64,000 nt of DNA from Acidobacteriota bacterium (GCA_029562975.1 JAKQTR010000043.1:72491-136490), one strand, 5' to 3'; positions 19,489-28,529 are shown, numbered from the stretch's first letter. Notes: generated from the letters alone by a model not told the origin. Program-made: numbers and translations.

Positions 19489-19980
19489 ATGCCGCGTGAC
19501 CAGAGCACAACACTCGAGGCTGGCGACCGCGCGCCGCTCTTCACGCTCCCCAACCAGAAAGGCGTGCCCGTGTCGCTGGCCGAAGCGCTGGCGAAAGGCC
19601 CGGTCGTCCTCGGCTTCCACCGGGGTACCTGGTGACCGAACTGCCGTCGCCGGTTCGGCGACCTGGCGCGGAACGCAGGACACTACCGGGCGCTCGGCGC
19701 GACGGTGATGGCCGTCGTCGCGCAACGCTCCGAGAAGGTGAAACGCCACATCGAGGACACGGGGCTGCCCCTCGATCTGCTCATCGATGACACGCGCGAG
19801 GTGGTGAAGGCCTACGGCGTGTGGCACCAGATCGGCTTCGACGCCTGGAACATCTCGAGGCCGGCGCTGTTCATCATCGATCGCGGCGGGATCGTTCGTT
19901 ACGCGTTCGTGGCAGATTGGCAGGCGGAGTTCCCGGAGCACGAAGTCATCGTCGCGGAGTTGGCGAAAGCGGGGGGATAG
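19489..19980 (+). CDS. Peroxiredoxin-like (AhpC/TSA, PRX_like2-type) protein with in-frame UGA, predicted selenoprotein (163 aa)
   Basis: GGAGAG lies 6 nt before ATG 19489. The frame reads ...VVLGFHRGTW-[TGA 19633-19635]-PNCRRRF... and stays open and homologous-looking to TAG 19978-19980. The TGA replaces the first Cys of the WCPxC redox motif. The ORF track shows only the 3' fragment starting at 19705. Confidence 0.65.
19643..19667 (+). promoter_or_regulatory. Candidate bacterial SECIS hairpin
   Basis: GUCGCC-GGUUC-GGCGAC (19646-19662) is a 17-nt stem-loop starting 11 nt after the UGA, with GGU in its loop. GCC/GGC extends the stem across a 2-nt bulge. Confidence 0.5.
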
Positions 19981-19984
19981 AACT

Positions 19985-20164
19985 CAGAATCCGGAATTCA
20001 GAATCACGACTCGGAGACCAGAAACCAGGAGCCTGAACCTGGAGAGCGGCCGCCGTCGAGCGTAACCGTCTCAAAGCCGCAAGGGGCGACGACTCGCGTG
20101 GCACGTGTCGCCGCCCCTGCAGCTGTTCGTCTTCCAGATTCTGAATTCCGGCTTCTGGATTCTG
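19985..20164. repeat. MITE-like element with terminal inverted repeats in a convergent spacer
   Basis: The left arm CAGAATCCGGAATTCAGAATC (19985-20005) pairs with the right arm GATTCTGAATTCCGG(CTTCTG)GATTCTG (20137-20164). There is an internal hairpin GGGGCGAC...GTCGCCGCCCC. It lies between the selenoprotein gene and the sodA stop. Confidence 0.6.
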
Positions 20165-20180
20165 CCTCGAGCGCGAAGCG

Positions 20181-20783
<603 letters not shown>

Positions 20784-20994
20784 CTCGTGATCTCCTTTTC
20801 GCCGAAGCTCGCTCGGAGCGGCTGGACGGTTCGCCAGACGCGGATCGCGGCAAATCCGACCTGCCGCGACCTGTTTAAGAGACGCAGCCCGGGCTGGTTT
20901 GGTGACACGCGGCCTCGGCAGCCCGGCCCGGCAGGTTCGCGTCACGGCACCGGCGGCGTCAGGAATCCGCAACAGCAGGATCCGCGACGGTGGT

Positions 20995-21023
20995 TTGACA
21001 CCCTTTTCCCTGCCGCGTAGGAT
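20995..21023 (+). promoter_or_regulatory. Sigma-70-like promoter for the oxidoreductase gene
   Basis: TTGACA (20995-21000), a 17-nt spacer, then TAGGAT (21018-21023). GGGGAGG lies ahead of ATG 21067. Confidence 0.45.
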
Positions 21024-21066
21024 GCGCGACGAAGCGGGCCGGCGTGGTTGTCCCGCGGGGAGGCGC

Positions 21067-22425
21067 ATGATGTCGGGCGACAACTCCATGAACCGCAGGC
21101 AGTTCCTTCGGAAGACGGCCCTGGCGGCCGCGGCGGCGTCCGCCGCAAGCGCGCCGCGCAAGACGGCCGCCCAGATCAACAACGCGGCCGGCGTTTCGCT
21201 CCGGCAGGTCAACCTCGGCTTCATCGGCATCGGCATCCGCGGCACGCAGCTGATGGAAGCAGCCTCCGGCATCGCCGGCGTCCAAGTGCGGGCCGCGGCC
21301 GACTGCTACAAGGGCCATCTCGACCGCGCGGCGGAACTCATCACGCCGCCCCCGGCCGTCACGGGCGACTACACGGAGATCCTCGCGCGCCCGGACATCG
21401 ACGCCATCGTCATCGCCACGCCCGACCACTGGCACCTCAGGATCCTCCAGGAGGCCCTCGCCGCCGGGAAGCACGTGTACGTGGAGAAGCCGATGACGCA
21501 CGCGTGGGAGGAAGGCGAGGCCTTCATCTCGGCCGTCGAGAAGAGCGGCAAGGTCGTCCAGGTCGGCAGCCAATACATGAGCATGGCCGGCGCGAAGCGG
21601 GCGGCGGAAATCATCAAGAGCGGCCGGCTCGGCCAGATCGCCCTCGTCGAGGGCAGGATCCACCGGAACGCGCCCACGGGCGCCTGGTACTATCCGATTC
21701 CGCCGGATGCCTCCCCCTCGACGGTGGACTTCAAGCGGTTCCTCGGGCCCGCGCCGGCGCGGGAGTTCGACCTCCGGCGCTTCTTCCAGTGGCGGCTGTT
21801 CTGGGACTACTCGGGCGGCCTGCCCACGGACCTGTTCACGCACCTGATCACGGCGACGCACCAGTTGATGGGCGTCCAGGAACCCGACACGGTCTTCGCC
21901 TTCGCCGACGTCTACCACTGGAAGAACTACCGCGAGGTGCCCGATCAGATGACCGCGATGGCCAGGTACGCGGAGGGCTTCGTCCTTCGGCTCACGAGCA
22001 CGGCCTTCAACGGCCACCCGGGCCCGCTCCTCACCTTCTACGGCAGCGAAGGAACGATGGAGTACGACGGCGACTCGTTCAAGCTCTTCCACGAGCCCCG
22101 TTCGGAGAGCTTCGGCTACTCGACGCACTCGTGGCCGAAGGCGACGACGGCGAGGTTCAGGGACCTGATGAACCTGAACGACCGCCTGGTTCCCCTCGAC
22201 GCGCCGGACGCCGCCGACCCGGTCGAGTACCGCTCGCCAGGCGAGGAGGACTCCACGCGGGCGCACATGAGGAACTGGATCGAAGCCATCCGGACCGGCG
22301 GGAAGCCCATCGAGGACGTTCGGTTCGGCCACCACGCGGCGCTCGTCGGCCACATGTGCAACCTGTCGTTCAAGGCCGGGAAGCCCGCGCGGTGGAACAA
22401 GGCGACGAGGAAAGTCGAAGTCTGA
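21067..22425 (+). CDS. Gfo/Idh/MocA family oxidoreductase with twin-arginine (TAT) signal
   Basis: [18 protein letters not shown] is a TAT motif. It has the Rossmann motif GFIGIGIRG and the EKP motif (YVEKPM). Confidence 0.85.
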   Translation: MMSGDNSMNRRQFLRKTALAAAAASAASAPRKTAAQINNAAGVSLRQVNLGFIGIGIRGTQLMEAASGIAGVQVRAAADCYKGHLDRAAELITPPPAVTGDYTEILARPDIDAIVIATPDHWHLRILQEALAAGKHVYVEKPMTHAWEEGEAFISAVEKSGKVVQVGSQYMSMAGAKRAAEIIKSGRLGQIALVEGRIHRNAPTGAWYYPIPPDASPSTVDFKRFLGPAPAREFDLRRFFQWRLFWDYSGGLPTDLFTHLITATHQLMGVQEPDTVFAFADVYHWKNYREVPDQMTAMARYAEGFVLRLTSTAFNGHPGPLLTFYGSEGTMEYDGDSFKLFHEPRSESFGYSTHSWPKATTARFRDLMNLNDRLVPLDAPDAADPVEYRSPGEEDSTRAHMRNWIEAIRTGGKPIEDVRFGHHAALVGHMCNLSFKAGKPARWNKATRKVEV

Positions 22426-22439
22426 GGCTCCGGGGACTC

Positions 22440-22459
22440 CGGGGTCAGATCTGGCCCCG
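22440..22459 (+). terminator. 20-nt near-perfect palindrome after the oxidoreductase gene
   Basis: CGGGGTCAGATCTGGCCCCG lies 15 nt after the stop and carries the GGGGTCAGATC core shared with the elements at 27862 and 40727. Confidence 0.45.
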
Positions 22460-22489
22460 GTTCCCCGGTTGGTGTACACTCAAGCCAGT

Positions 22490-22670
22490 CAGCCCGGTCG
22501 GTTGATCAGGGAAGCTGGGTGCAAAGCCCACACGGTCCCGCCACTGTAAGCGGGGAGCGCGCGCGATTGCGGCGGCCGCACGACGGCTGCCCGTCACGGT
22601 GCCGGAAGGCGCTGGAAGACGAAACGCGCGCGTGACGATCCGCGAGTCAGGAGACCTGTCGATCCGGCCG
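22490..22670 (+). promoter_or_regulatory. Cobalamin (B12) riboswitch
   Basis: The conserved core GGGAAGCTGGGTGCAAAGCCCACACGGTCCCGCCACTGT is at 22508-22547. It also has GGTGCCGGAAGGCG and the B12-box AGTCAGGAGACCTGTC (22645-22660). It sits directly upstream of a TonB receptor and an ABC uptake operon. Confidence 0.85.
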
Positions 22671-22752
22671 CCACACTCACTCCTCCGCAGGGCCCCGCCC
22701 CACGGGTCCCGGGCGGAACCATCGGTGCGAGGTCACACCGAGAGGAGGTCGC

Positions 22753-25050
22753 GTGCGCCCGGTTTCTGCATTCTCTCTCATCTGCTCCGTCCTTCTCCTT
22801 CTTACGGCCGGCGTGTCGCCGGCCAGCGCGCTGTCCCCGGCTGCGCCCGCGGACGGCGAGCCGTCCCTCCACGGACGCGTCCTCGACCCGTCGGGTCAGC
22901 CCGTCGCCGCCGCGCGGGTCAGCCTGCGTTCGGCGTCGGGCACGCTGCGCCACACCCTCAGCCTGGCAGACGGGTCGTTCGCCTTCGACGGGCTCGGCCC
23001 GGGCGCGTACGACCTGACGGCGGCTGTTGACGGCTTCTCGGCCGGCATCGTCCCCGCGGTCGTCGAGCCTGGCGCGGCGCTCCGCATCGACATCCCGCTT
23101 CGCCTCGCCGCCCTGACGGACACGATCCTGGTCACGGCATCCGTCATCGAGGTGCCGCGCGCGGAAGCGCCGGCGGGCGTGGTGGCCCTGACGCGCCGCG
23201 ATCTCGAGGACCGGCAACTGGACACCGTCGCCGACGCCCTTCGCCTCGTGCCCGGACTGGCGGTCGTGCCGACGGGCGGGCTCGGCAGCGTGACGTCTGT
23301 CTTCCCGCGCGGCGGCGAGTCCGACTTCACGCTCGTGCTGGCGGACGGCGCCAAGCTGAACGCCTTCGGCGGAGGAATCGACTTCGGCCACCTGACGACG
23401 TTCGGCATCGACCAGATCGAAGTCGTCCGGGGTCCGCAGAGCGCGGTGTTCGGCGCCGACGCGGTGGGCGGCGTGATTCACCTGCGGTCGAAGGTGGGCG
23501 GCCCTCCAGCCTGGAACACTCTCCTCGAGGCCGGATCGCGCGGGACGACGCGCGCCGCTATCGGATCGACGGGCTCCGTGGGCGCGCTCGACTGGGGCGT
23601 GAGCGCCGAGCGGGTCGAGAGCGACGGCTGGACGGGCGCGGCCCCGAACGTCGCGCTGGGCAGGGTGACGAACGACGACTACCAGGCAAGAATGCTCTCG
23701 GCAGCCGCGGCGTGGCGGGCCGGCTCCGGCTCGGTCGTCCGCGCCTCGGGGCGCTTCGGCAGGAACGAGCGAGGCTACCCGGGGCCATTTGGCGCGGATC
23801 CGATCGGCGCCTACGGCGGCATCGACGCCGTCTCGCGAGGCACGAACACGTTCAAGGCGGGCTCGCTGGAGTTCACCCGCGAGTGGGGCCCGGCAACGGC
23901 CGTGCGGCTTCACGCCAGCGCCGGCGACGAGGAGTCGATCTTCGCCAGCCCGTACGGCGAGTCCGCGTCGCGGACGCGCCGGTACGCCGCCCGCGGCCAG
24001 TTCGATCGCGCCCTCTCCGCGGCGCTCAGCGCATCGGCAGGCGCGGCCGTCGAGTTCGAGCGCGCCGACAGCACGTTCATCACCGGCGTGGACGCGCAGC
24101 AGGTTCCGGTGAAGCGGCGGGTGGAGGGCTACTTCGCCGAACTGCGCTGGCGCTCGGCCTCCCGCCTGTTCGTGACAGCCGGCCTGCGCGTCGAGCACAT
24201 CGTGCGCAGCGCGCTCGAAGCGGACCCGTGGGCGTGGGAGCCGCGCCCGGCCATGAAGACGGACGGCCTCGTCTCGGCCAACCCCCGCGCCGCATTCAGC
24301 TACTACCTGCGGACCTCGAACGAGAGCGCGGGCAACTGGACGCGCCTCCACGCCAGCGCCGGCACGGGCATCAGGCCGCCGGCCGCCCTGGAGATCGCCT
24401 TCACCGACAACCCGGGCCTCAGGCCCGAGCGCAGCCGGAGCGCCGAGGCCGGCGTCGAGCAGGCGCTGGCCGGTGGCCTGATCGTGGCGGACGCCACGGT
24501 GTTCGGCAACCGCTACGACGACCTCATCGTGGCCGTCGGCCGCGCGCTCCAGGACTACAGCCAGTTCCGCAGCGACAACATCTCGAACGCCCGGGCGGGC
24601 GGCGTCGAGGCGTCACTGGCCCTGCGCACGAAGCTCGGCCTCGAGTTCCGCGCGGCCTATTCCTTCGTGGACACGGCCATCCTGGCGGTGGACCGCTCGA
24701 CCGGCACGGCGCCGGCGCCCTTCGCGGTCGGCGACTGGCTCGTCCGCCGGCCTCGCCACCAGGCGAGCGCGGACATCGTGTGGCGCCACGCCCTCGCCAC
24801 GCTGTACGTGCGCGCGGGCGGGCGCTCGCGCGTCCTCGACGTCGAGCCGAACTGGGGCGCGTCGGGGGGCCTCTTCCACTCGCCGGGCTTCGCGGTGGCC
24901 AACGCCGGCGCCGCGATCCGCCTGACGCGCCACGCGGACCTCGTCGTCCGCGCCGACAACCTGTTCGACAAGCGCTACGAGTCGGCACTCGGCTACCCCG
25001 CTCCTCGCCGCGCCCTCTCAGCCGGAGTGCGCCTTGCTGCGCGCCGTTGA
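22753..25050 (+). CDS. TonB-dependent receptor with N-terminal carboxypeptidase-regulatory-like domain (BtuB-like by context)
   Basis: GTG start after GAGGAGG. It has a signal peptide, a CarboxypepD_reg-like segment (GRVLDPSGQPVAAARVSL) and a plug domain (IEVVRGPQSAVFGADAVGGVI). The C-terminus is a beta-barrel. Confidence 0.85.
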   Translation: MRPVSAFSLICSVLLLLTAGVSPASALSPAAPADGEPSLHGRVLDPSGQPVAAARVSLRSASGTLRHTLSLADGSFAFDGLGPGAYDLTAAVDGFSAGIVPAVVEPGAALRIDIPLRLAALTDTILVTASVIEVPRAEAPAGVVALTRRDLEDRQLDTVADALRLVPGLAVVPTGGLGSVTSVFPRGGESDFTLVLADGAKLNAFGGGIDFGHLTTFGIDQIEVVRGPQSAVFGADAVGGVIHLRSKVGGPPAWNTLLEAGSRGTTRAAIGSTGSVGALDWGVSAERVESDGWTGAAPNVALGRVTNDDYQARMLSAAAAWRAGSGSVVRASGRFGRNERGYPGPFGADPIGAYGGIDAVSRGTNTFKAGSLEFTREWGPATAVRLHASAGDEESIFASPYGESASRTRRYAARGQFDRALSAALSASAGAAVEFERADSTFITGVDAQQVPVKRRVEGYFAELRWRSASRLFVTAGLRVEHIVRSALEADPWAWEPRPAMKTDGLVSANPRAAFSYYLRTSNESAGNWTRLHASAGTGIRPPAALEIAFTDNPGLRPERSRSAEAGVEQALAGGLIVADATVFGNRYDDLIVAVGRALQDYSQFRSDNISNARAGGVEASLALRTKLGLEFRAAYSFVDTAILAVDRSTGTAPAPFAVGDWLVRRPRHQASADIVWRHALATLYVRAGGRSRVLDVEPNWGASGGLFHSPGFAVANAGAAIRLTRHADLVVRADNLFDKRYESALGYPAPRRALSAGVRLAARR

Positions 25051-25903
25051 CGCCACCTACGTCCACGGCCGAAACCTGGCCGCCGGGGCCGGCGGCCGCC
25101 GTGCGTCGCCGCCGCCGGCGGCTGGGGCGGCCGGCCCTGCGCCGCCTGCGCCCGCCCTGCCTGGCGTCCAGGGCGTCACAATGGCCATCGACCGCGGCCG
25201 CATCGTCGGCATCCTCGGCCCCAACGGGTCCGGCAAGACGACGCTGCTGCGGCTGCTGGCGGGGATGCTCAAGCCGGACGCGGGAACGGTCACGCTGGAA
25301 GGCAGGAGCCTGGCGTCCATCCCGCGCGCCGCGCTGGCGCGTTCGATCGCGGTCGTGCCGCAGGAGACGCATCTCGCCTTCGACTACTCGGTGCTCGAGA
25401 TCGCCCTCATGGGGCGCTACCCGCACCTCGGCACCTTTCAGCTCGAAGGGCCGCGTGATCTGGCCGTCGCGCGGGAGGCGCTGGTTGCGACGGGCACGGC
25501 CTCGCTCGAGCGCCGCCGCTTCTCCACCCTCTCCGGCGGCGAAAAGCAGCGCGTCGTCATCGCGAGCGCCCTGGCGCAGGAGGCCGAGATCCTGCTGCTC
25601 GACGAGCCGACCGCGTCGCTGGACGTCGGCTCGCAGTTCGACGTCTCGGCGCTGCTCGCGCGGCTCAACCGCGATCGCGGCCTGACCATCGTCGTTGCCA
25701 CGCACGACCTGAACTTCGCCGCCGCGCTCTGCGGGTCGCTCGTTATGCTGTCGGCCGGGCGCCTCATCGCGTCGGGCCCCACCGGCGAGACGCTCACGAG
25801 CCTGTCCATCCAGGCGTTGTACGGCGTCGTGGCCGACGTGTACCCGCACCGCGCCGCGGGCCACCTGACGGTCGTGCCGCTCCGGAGGATCCGCCGTGAC
25901 TGA
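25034..25903 (+). CDS. ABC transporter ATP-binding protein (FecE/BtuD-like)
   Basis: Walker A GPNGSGKTT, signature LSGGEKQRV and Walker B ILLLDEP. It has a low-complexity Ala/Pro/Gly insert near the N-terminus. The TTG start overlaps the receptor stop. Confidence 0.85.
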   Translation: MLRAVDATYVHGRNLAAGAGGRRASPPPAAGAAGPAPPAPALPGVQGVTMAIDRGRIVGILGPNGSGKTTLLRLLAGMLKPDAGTVTLEGRSLASIPRAALARSIAVVPQETHLAFDYSVLEIALMGRYPHLGTFQLEGPRDLAVAREALVATGTASLERRRFSTLSGGEKQRVVIASALAQEAEILLLDEPTASLDVGSQFDVSALLARLNRDRGLTIVVATHDLNFAAALCGSLVMLSAGRLIASGPTGETLTSLSIQALYGVVADVYPHRAAGHLTVVPLRRIRRD

Positions 25904-26900
25904 CGTGCGCCGCCGGCTCGCCGCGGCGGTTGCCGCCTTCGGCGCGCTGGCGGCGGCCGCCGTCCTCGCGGCGCCGCTGGCCGGCTCCACGCCCATCCGG
26001 CTGGATCGCGTGTTCGACCGCTCGGTCCCGTTCGCCGACAACGTGGACGCGCAGATCTTCTTCATCGCCCGCCTGCCCCGGGCGCTCGCCGGCGCGCTGG
26101 TCGGCGCGTCGCTGGCAGCGGCGGGCGTGGTCTTCCAGGCGCTGCTGCGCAACCCGCTCGCCACCCCGTTCACGCTGGGCGTCTCGGCGGGATCCGCCCT
26201 GGGCGCCATGCTGGCGATCACGCTGCGCCTGCACCTGTCGCTCTGGGGCGTGTCGGCCGTCACCGCCGCGAGCTTCGCCGGCGCCGTGTGCGCGGTGGCC
26301 ATCGTCTACGGCATGGCCCGGGCGCGGCACAGCGGGTTCTCGACCAACGTGCTGCTGCTCGCCGGCGTCACGCTGAACGCGTTCTTCTCGGCGCTGATCC
26401 TGTTCGTGCAGTACGTCGCCGATTCCGCCGAGGCGCTGCGGACCGTGCGGTGGCTGATGGGCAACCTCGACGTCGCCGGCTACCGGCCCATCCTGGCGGC
26501 CCTGCCGCTTTGCGCGCTTTCCTTCGCCGCCTTCGCGTGGCTCCCGCGGGCGCTGAACCTCCTCAGCCTCGACGCCGACGCCGCCGCCTCGCGCGGCATC
26601 GACGTGCTGCGCGCGCAGCGCGTGGCGTTCTTCAGCGCGTCGATGGCCACCGGCGCCGCCGTCTCCCTCGGCGGCCCCATCGGGTTCATCGGCATCATCG
26701 TCCCCCACCTGGTTCGCCTGATCGTCGGCGCGGACCACCGCGTGACCCTTCCGGCATCCGCTCTGTTCGGAGCGGCGTTCCTCGTCGGCGCCGACGTCGC
26801 GGCCCGCACCGTGATGGCGCCCGTCGAGCTGCCTGTCGGCATCATCACCGCCCTCGTCGGCGGGCCGTTCTTCCTTTGGCTGCTCGTGAGGGCGCGCTAG
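25896..26900 (+). CDS. FecCD-family ABC permease (BtuC-like)
   Basis: About 9 TM segments with typical FecCD motifs (LAGALVGASLAAAGVVFQALLRNPLA, IGFIGIIVPHLVR). It overlaps the ATPase stop. Confidence 0.85.
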   Translation: MTDVRRRLAAAVAAFGALAAAAVLAAPLAGSTPIRLDRVFDRSVPFADNVDAQIFFIARLPRALAGALVGASLAAAGVVFQALLRNPLATPFTLGVSAGSALGAMLAITLRLHLSLWGVSAVTAASFAGAVCAVAIVYGMARARHSGFSTNVLLLAGVTLNAFFSALILFVQYVADSAEALRTVRWLMGNLDVAGYRPILAALPLCALSFAAFAWLPRALNLLSLDADAAASRGIDVLRAQRVAFFSASMATGAAVSLGGPIGFIGIIVPHLVRLIVGADHRVTLPASALFGAAFLVGADVAARTVMAPVELPVGIITALVGGPFFLWLLVRAR

Positions 26901-26906
26901 TGACAG

Positions 26907-26924
26907 CGACAGAGGGCAAGGGAC
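26907..26924 (-). repeat. Reverse-complement variant of the pyrimidine-rich 21-nt motif
   Basis: The reverse complement GGTCCCTTGCCCTCTGTC resembles TGTCCCTTGCCCCTGTCT (copies at 17496 and 35427). Confidence 0.45.
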
Positions 26925-26950
26925 CGGGGGTTGGGGGCTGGGGACCGGGG
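26925..26950 (+). other. G-quadruplex-forming motif
   Basis: G5-TT-G5-CT-G4-ACC-G5 gives four G-tracts of at least 4 with loops of 2-3 nt, in the permease/binding-protein junction. Confidence 0.5.
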
Positions 26951-26971
26951 GCCGGGCGCCGGGCGCTTGGC

Positions 26972-27943
26972 GTGAGGGGCCGGGCGCGCACGCCGGCGCG
27001 GGGCGTCTTCGCCGCGGCTTGTCTCGTGGCCGTCGCCGTCCTGCTTCAGCTTCCGGGTGGAGCCCGGGGCCCTCAGGCCCCGGGGCGGGTTCCCCAGCGC
27101 ATCGTCTCGATCGTTCCTTCCGCGACCGAAGTGCTGTTCGCCATCGGCGCCGGGCCGCGCGTGGCGGCGGTGGGCAGCTTCGAACGATTCCCGCCGGAGG
27201 TCGAGCGGCTCCCGCGCGTGGGCGCGCTGCTGGACCCGGACGTCGAGCGGATCCTGTCGCTGCGGCCGGATCTCGTCGTGGTGTACGCCAGCCAGACGGA
27301 CTTGCGGGCGCAGCTCGGCCGGGCCGGCATCCCCGTGTACGTCTACACGCACGGCTCGCTTGCGGACATCACGGCCGGGATGCGGGACCTCGGCGCGCGG
27401 CTTGGTCTCGCCGCGCAGGCCGAGTCGGCGGCGGCGGCGGTAGAGCGCGATCTCGCCGCTGTTCGCGCCAGCGTCGCGGGCCTGCCGCGGCCGCGCGCGC
27501 TGCTGGTCATCGGGCGGGAGCCGCGGGCGCTGCGAGCCATCACGGTGAGCGGGGGGGTCGGCTTCCTTCACGACCTGCTCGATCTCGCGGGCGCCGACAA
27601 CGCGTTCGGGGACGTGCCGCGCGAGTCGACGATGGCGGCGACCGAGGCAATCCTGGCCAGGCGGCCGGACGTCATCATCGAGCTGCACTACGACGAGCGC
27701 GCCACGGAGCGCGACGCCGACCTCGAGCGGCTCGCCTGGAAGGCGCTCCCGGGCGTGCCGGCCGTGAAGAACGGCCGCGTTCACGTCCTGTACGGGGGAG
27801 CGTTCGTGGTCCCCGGCCCGAGGGTGGTGCTGACGGCGCGCGCCTTCGCCCGACTCCTGCATGGGGTCAGATCCGGAATTCCGTCGTCAGGCACCGCGTC
27901 CGCGCCAGGCGCCGGAATTCCAGATCTGACCCCAGTCACTTGA
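26972..27943 (+). CDS. Periplasmic ABC substrate-binding protein (BtuF/FhuD-like, cluster A)
   Basis: RIVSIVPSATEVLFAIG and RPDLVV motifs. The GTG 26972 start gives a signal peptide, MRGRARTPARGVFAAACLVAVAVLL. The alternative GTG 26900 would add a Gly-rich low-complexity head. The last 26 or so codons read through a palindromic repeat. Confidence 0.75.
   Translation: MRGRARTPARGVFAAACLVAVAVLLQLPGGARGPQAPGRVPQRIVSIVPSATEVLFAIGAGPRVAAVGSFERFPPEVERLPRVGALLDPDVERILSLRPDLVVVYASQTDLRAQLGRAGIPVYVYTHGSLADITAGMRDLGARLGLAAQAESAAAAVERDLAAVRASVAGLPRPRALLVIGREPRALRAITVSGGVGFLHDLLDLAGADNAFGDVPRESTMAATEAILARRPDVIIELHYDERATERDADLERLAWKALPGVPAVKNGRVHVLYGGAFVVPGPRVVLTARAFARLLHGVRSGIPSSGTASAPGAGIPDLTPVT
27862..27934. 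repeat. REP-like palindromic element (GGGGTCAGATC core)
   Basis: TGGGGTCAGATCCGGAATTCC (27862-27882) pairs with GGAATTCCAGATCTGACCCCA (27914-27934). The arms are 21 nt with 1 mismatch, around a 31-nt loop. Confidence 0.8.
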
Positions 27944-28529
27944 CGACGATGCTGTTCTTGAGCTGCGCCTGGCGGTCGCGCTCGGCCTGGAGGGCCTTGC
28001 GCCGATCCTCCTCCGCGCGCCTGGCCCGGGAGCGCTGCGCGGAGCGATCCAGGATCATCCTGGTGCCGCTCCTGGTCGCCCTGTTGAGCCACACGACCGG
28101 TGCGCGGAACTCAGCGGGCGTCAGCACGTTCCGCATGTCGGAGTAGCTGGGCGCGCTGTACGGGATGCGGCCGGTGTCCATGTCGTACATCTCGAACAGC
28201 GAGAAGGGCGGCGCGAGACCCAGCACCTCGACGTAGTACTCGAGCTTCAGCGGCGCCCGGGACGAGGGCGGCGGCGGGGCCTGGCTGAGCCCTCGCTTGA
28301 TCCGCTCGAGCGACACCGCCGACACGGCGGCCTCGGCGGGTGACCGCGGCGCGTCGGCCGGCGCCTGGGTCGAGATCCCCGCCTGCGGCTGTTCCGGGGC
28401 CCGGGCGGGCGATGCGGACGTGGGCCGGGGCTTTTCGGTTGGCGCGGCAGCCGGCTCCGGCTGGGCGTCCGACGCAACGGGCGAGAGGCCGCACGCGAGG
28501 GCAAGCGCGCAAATCGCAACGGCCCGCAT
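27936..28529 (-). CDS. Hypothetical lipoprotein, Pro/Ala-rich N-terminal region
   Basis: Signal peptide with a lipobox (LALACG). High GC3. It lies 71 nt downstream of iscX on the same strand. Its 3' end overlaps the convergent btuF-like gene by 8 nt. Confidence 0.6.
   Translation of the reverse strand: MRAVAICALALACGLSPVASDAQPEPAAAPTEKPRPTSASPARAPEQPQAGISTQAPADAPRSPAEAAVSAVSLERIKRGLSQAPPPPSSRAPLKLEYYVEVLGLAPPFSLFEMYDMDTGRIPYSAPSYSDMRNVLTPAEFRAPVVWLNRATRSGTRMILDRSAQRSRARRAEEDRRKALQAERDRQAQLKNSIVVK

Noticed and set aside
19636-19658. An alternative hairpin, CCGAACUG...CGGUUCGG, starting immediately after the UGA, as the SECIS.
   Set aside because: It is mutually exclusive with the 19646-19662 stem-loop. 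Its apical loop lies closer to the UGA than in the E. coli model, and the loop lacks the GGU feature. I kept it only as a competing fold.
19414-19941. A 175-aa minus-strand ORF opposite the peroxiredoxin-like gene.
   Set aside because: It has no motifs and lies antisense to a frame with clear thioredoxin-fold similarity on both sides of the UGA.
26900-26971. GTG 26900 as the start of the btuF-like gene.
   Set aside because: It would add a Gly-rich, G-quadruplex-encoded low-complexity head ahead of the signal peptide. GTG 26972 gives a canonical signal peptide with a positively charged N-region followed by a hydrophobic stretch.
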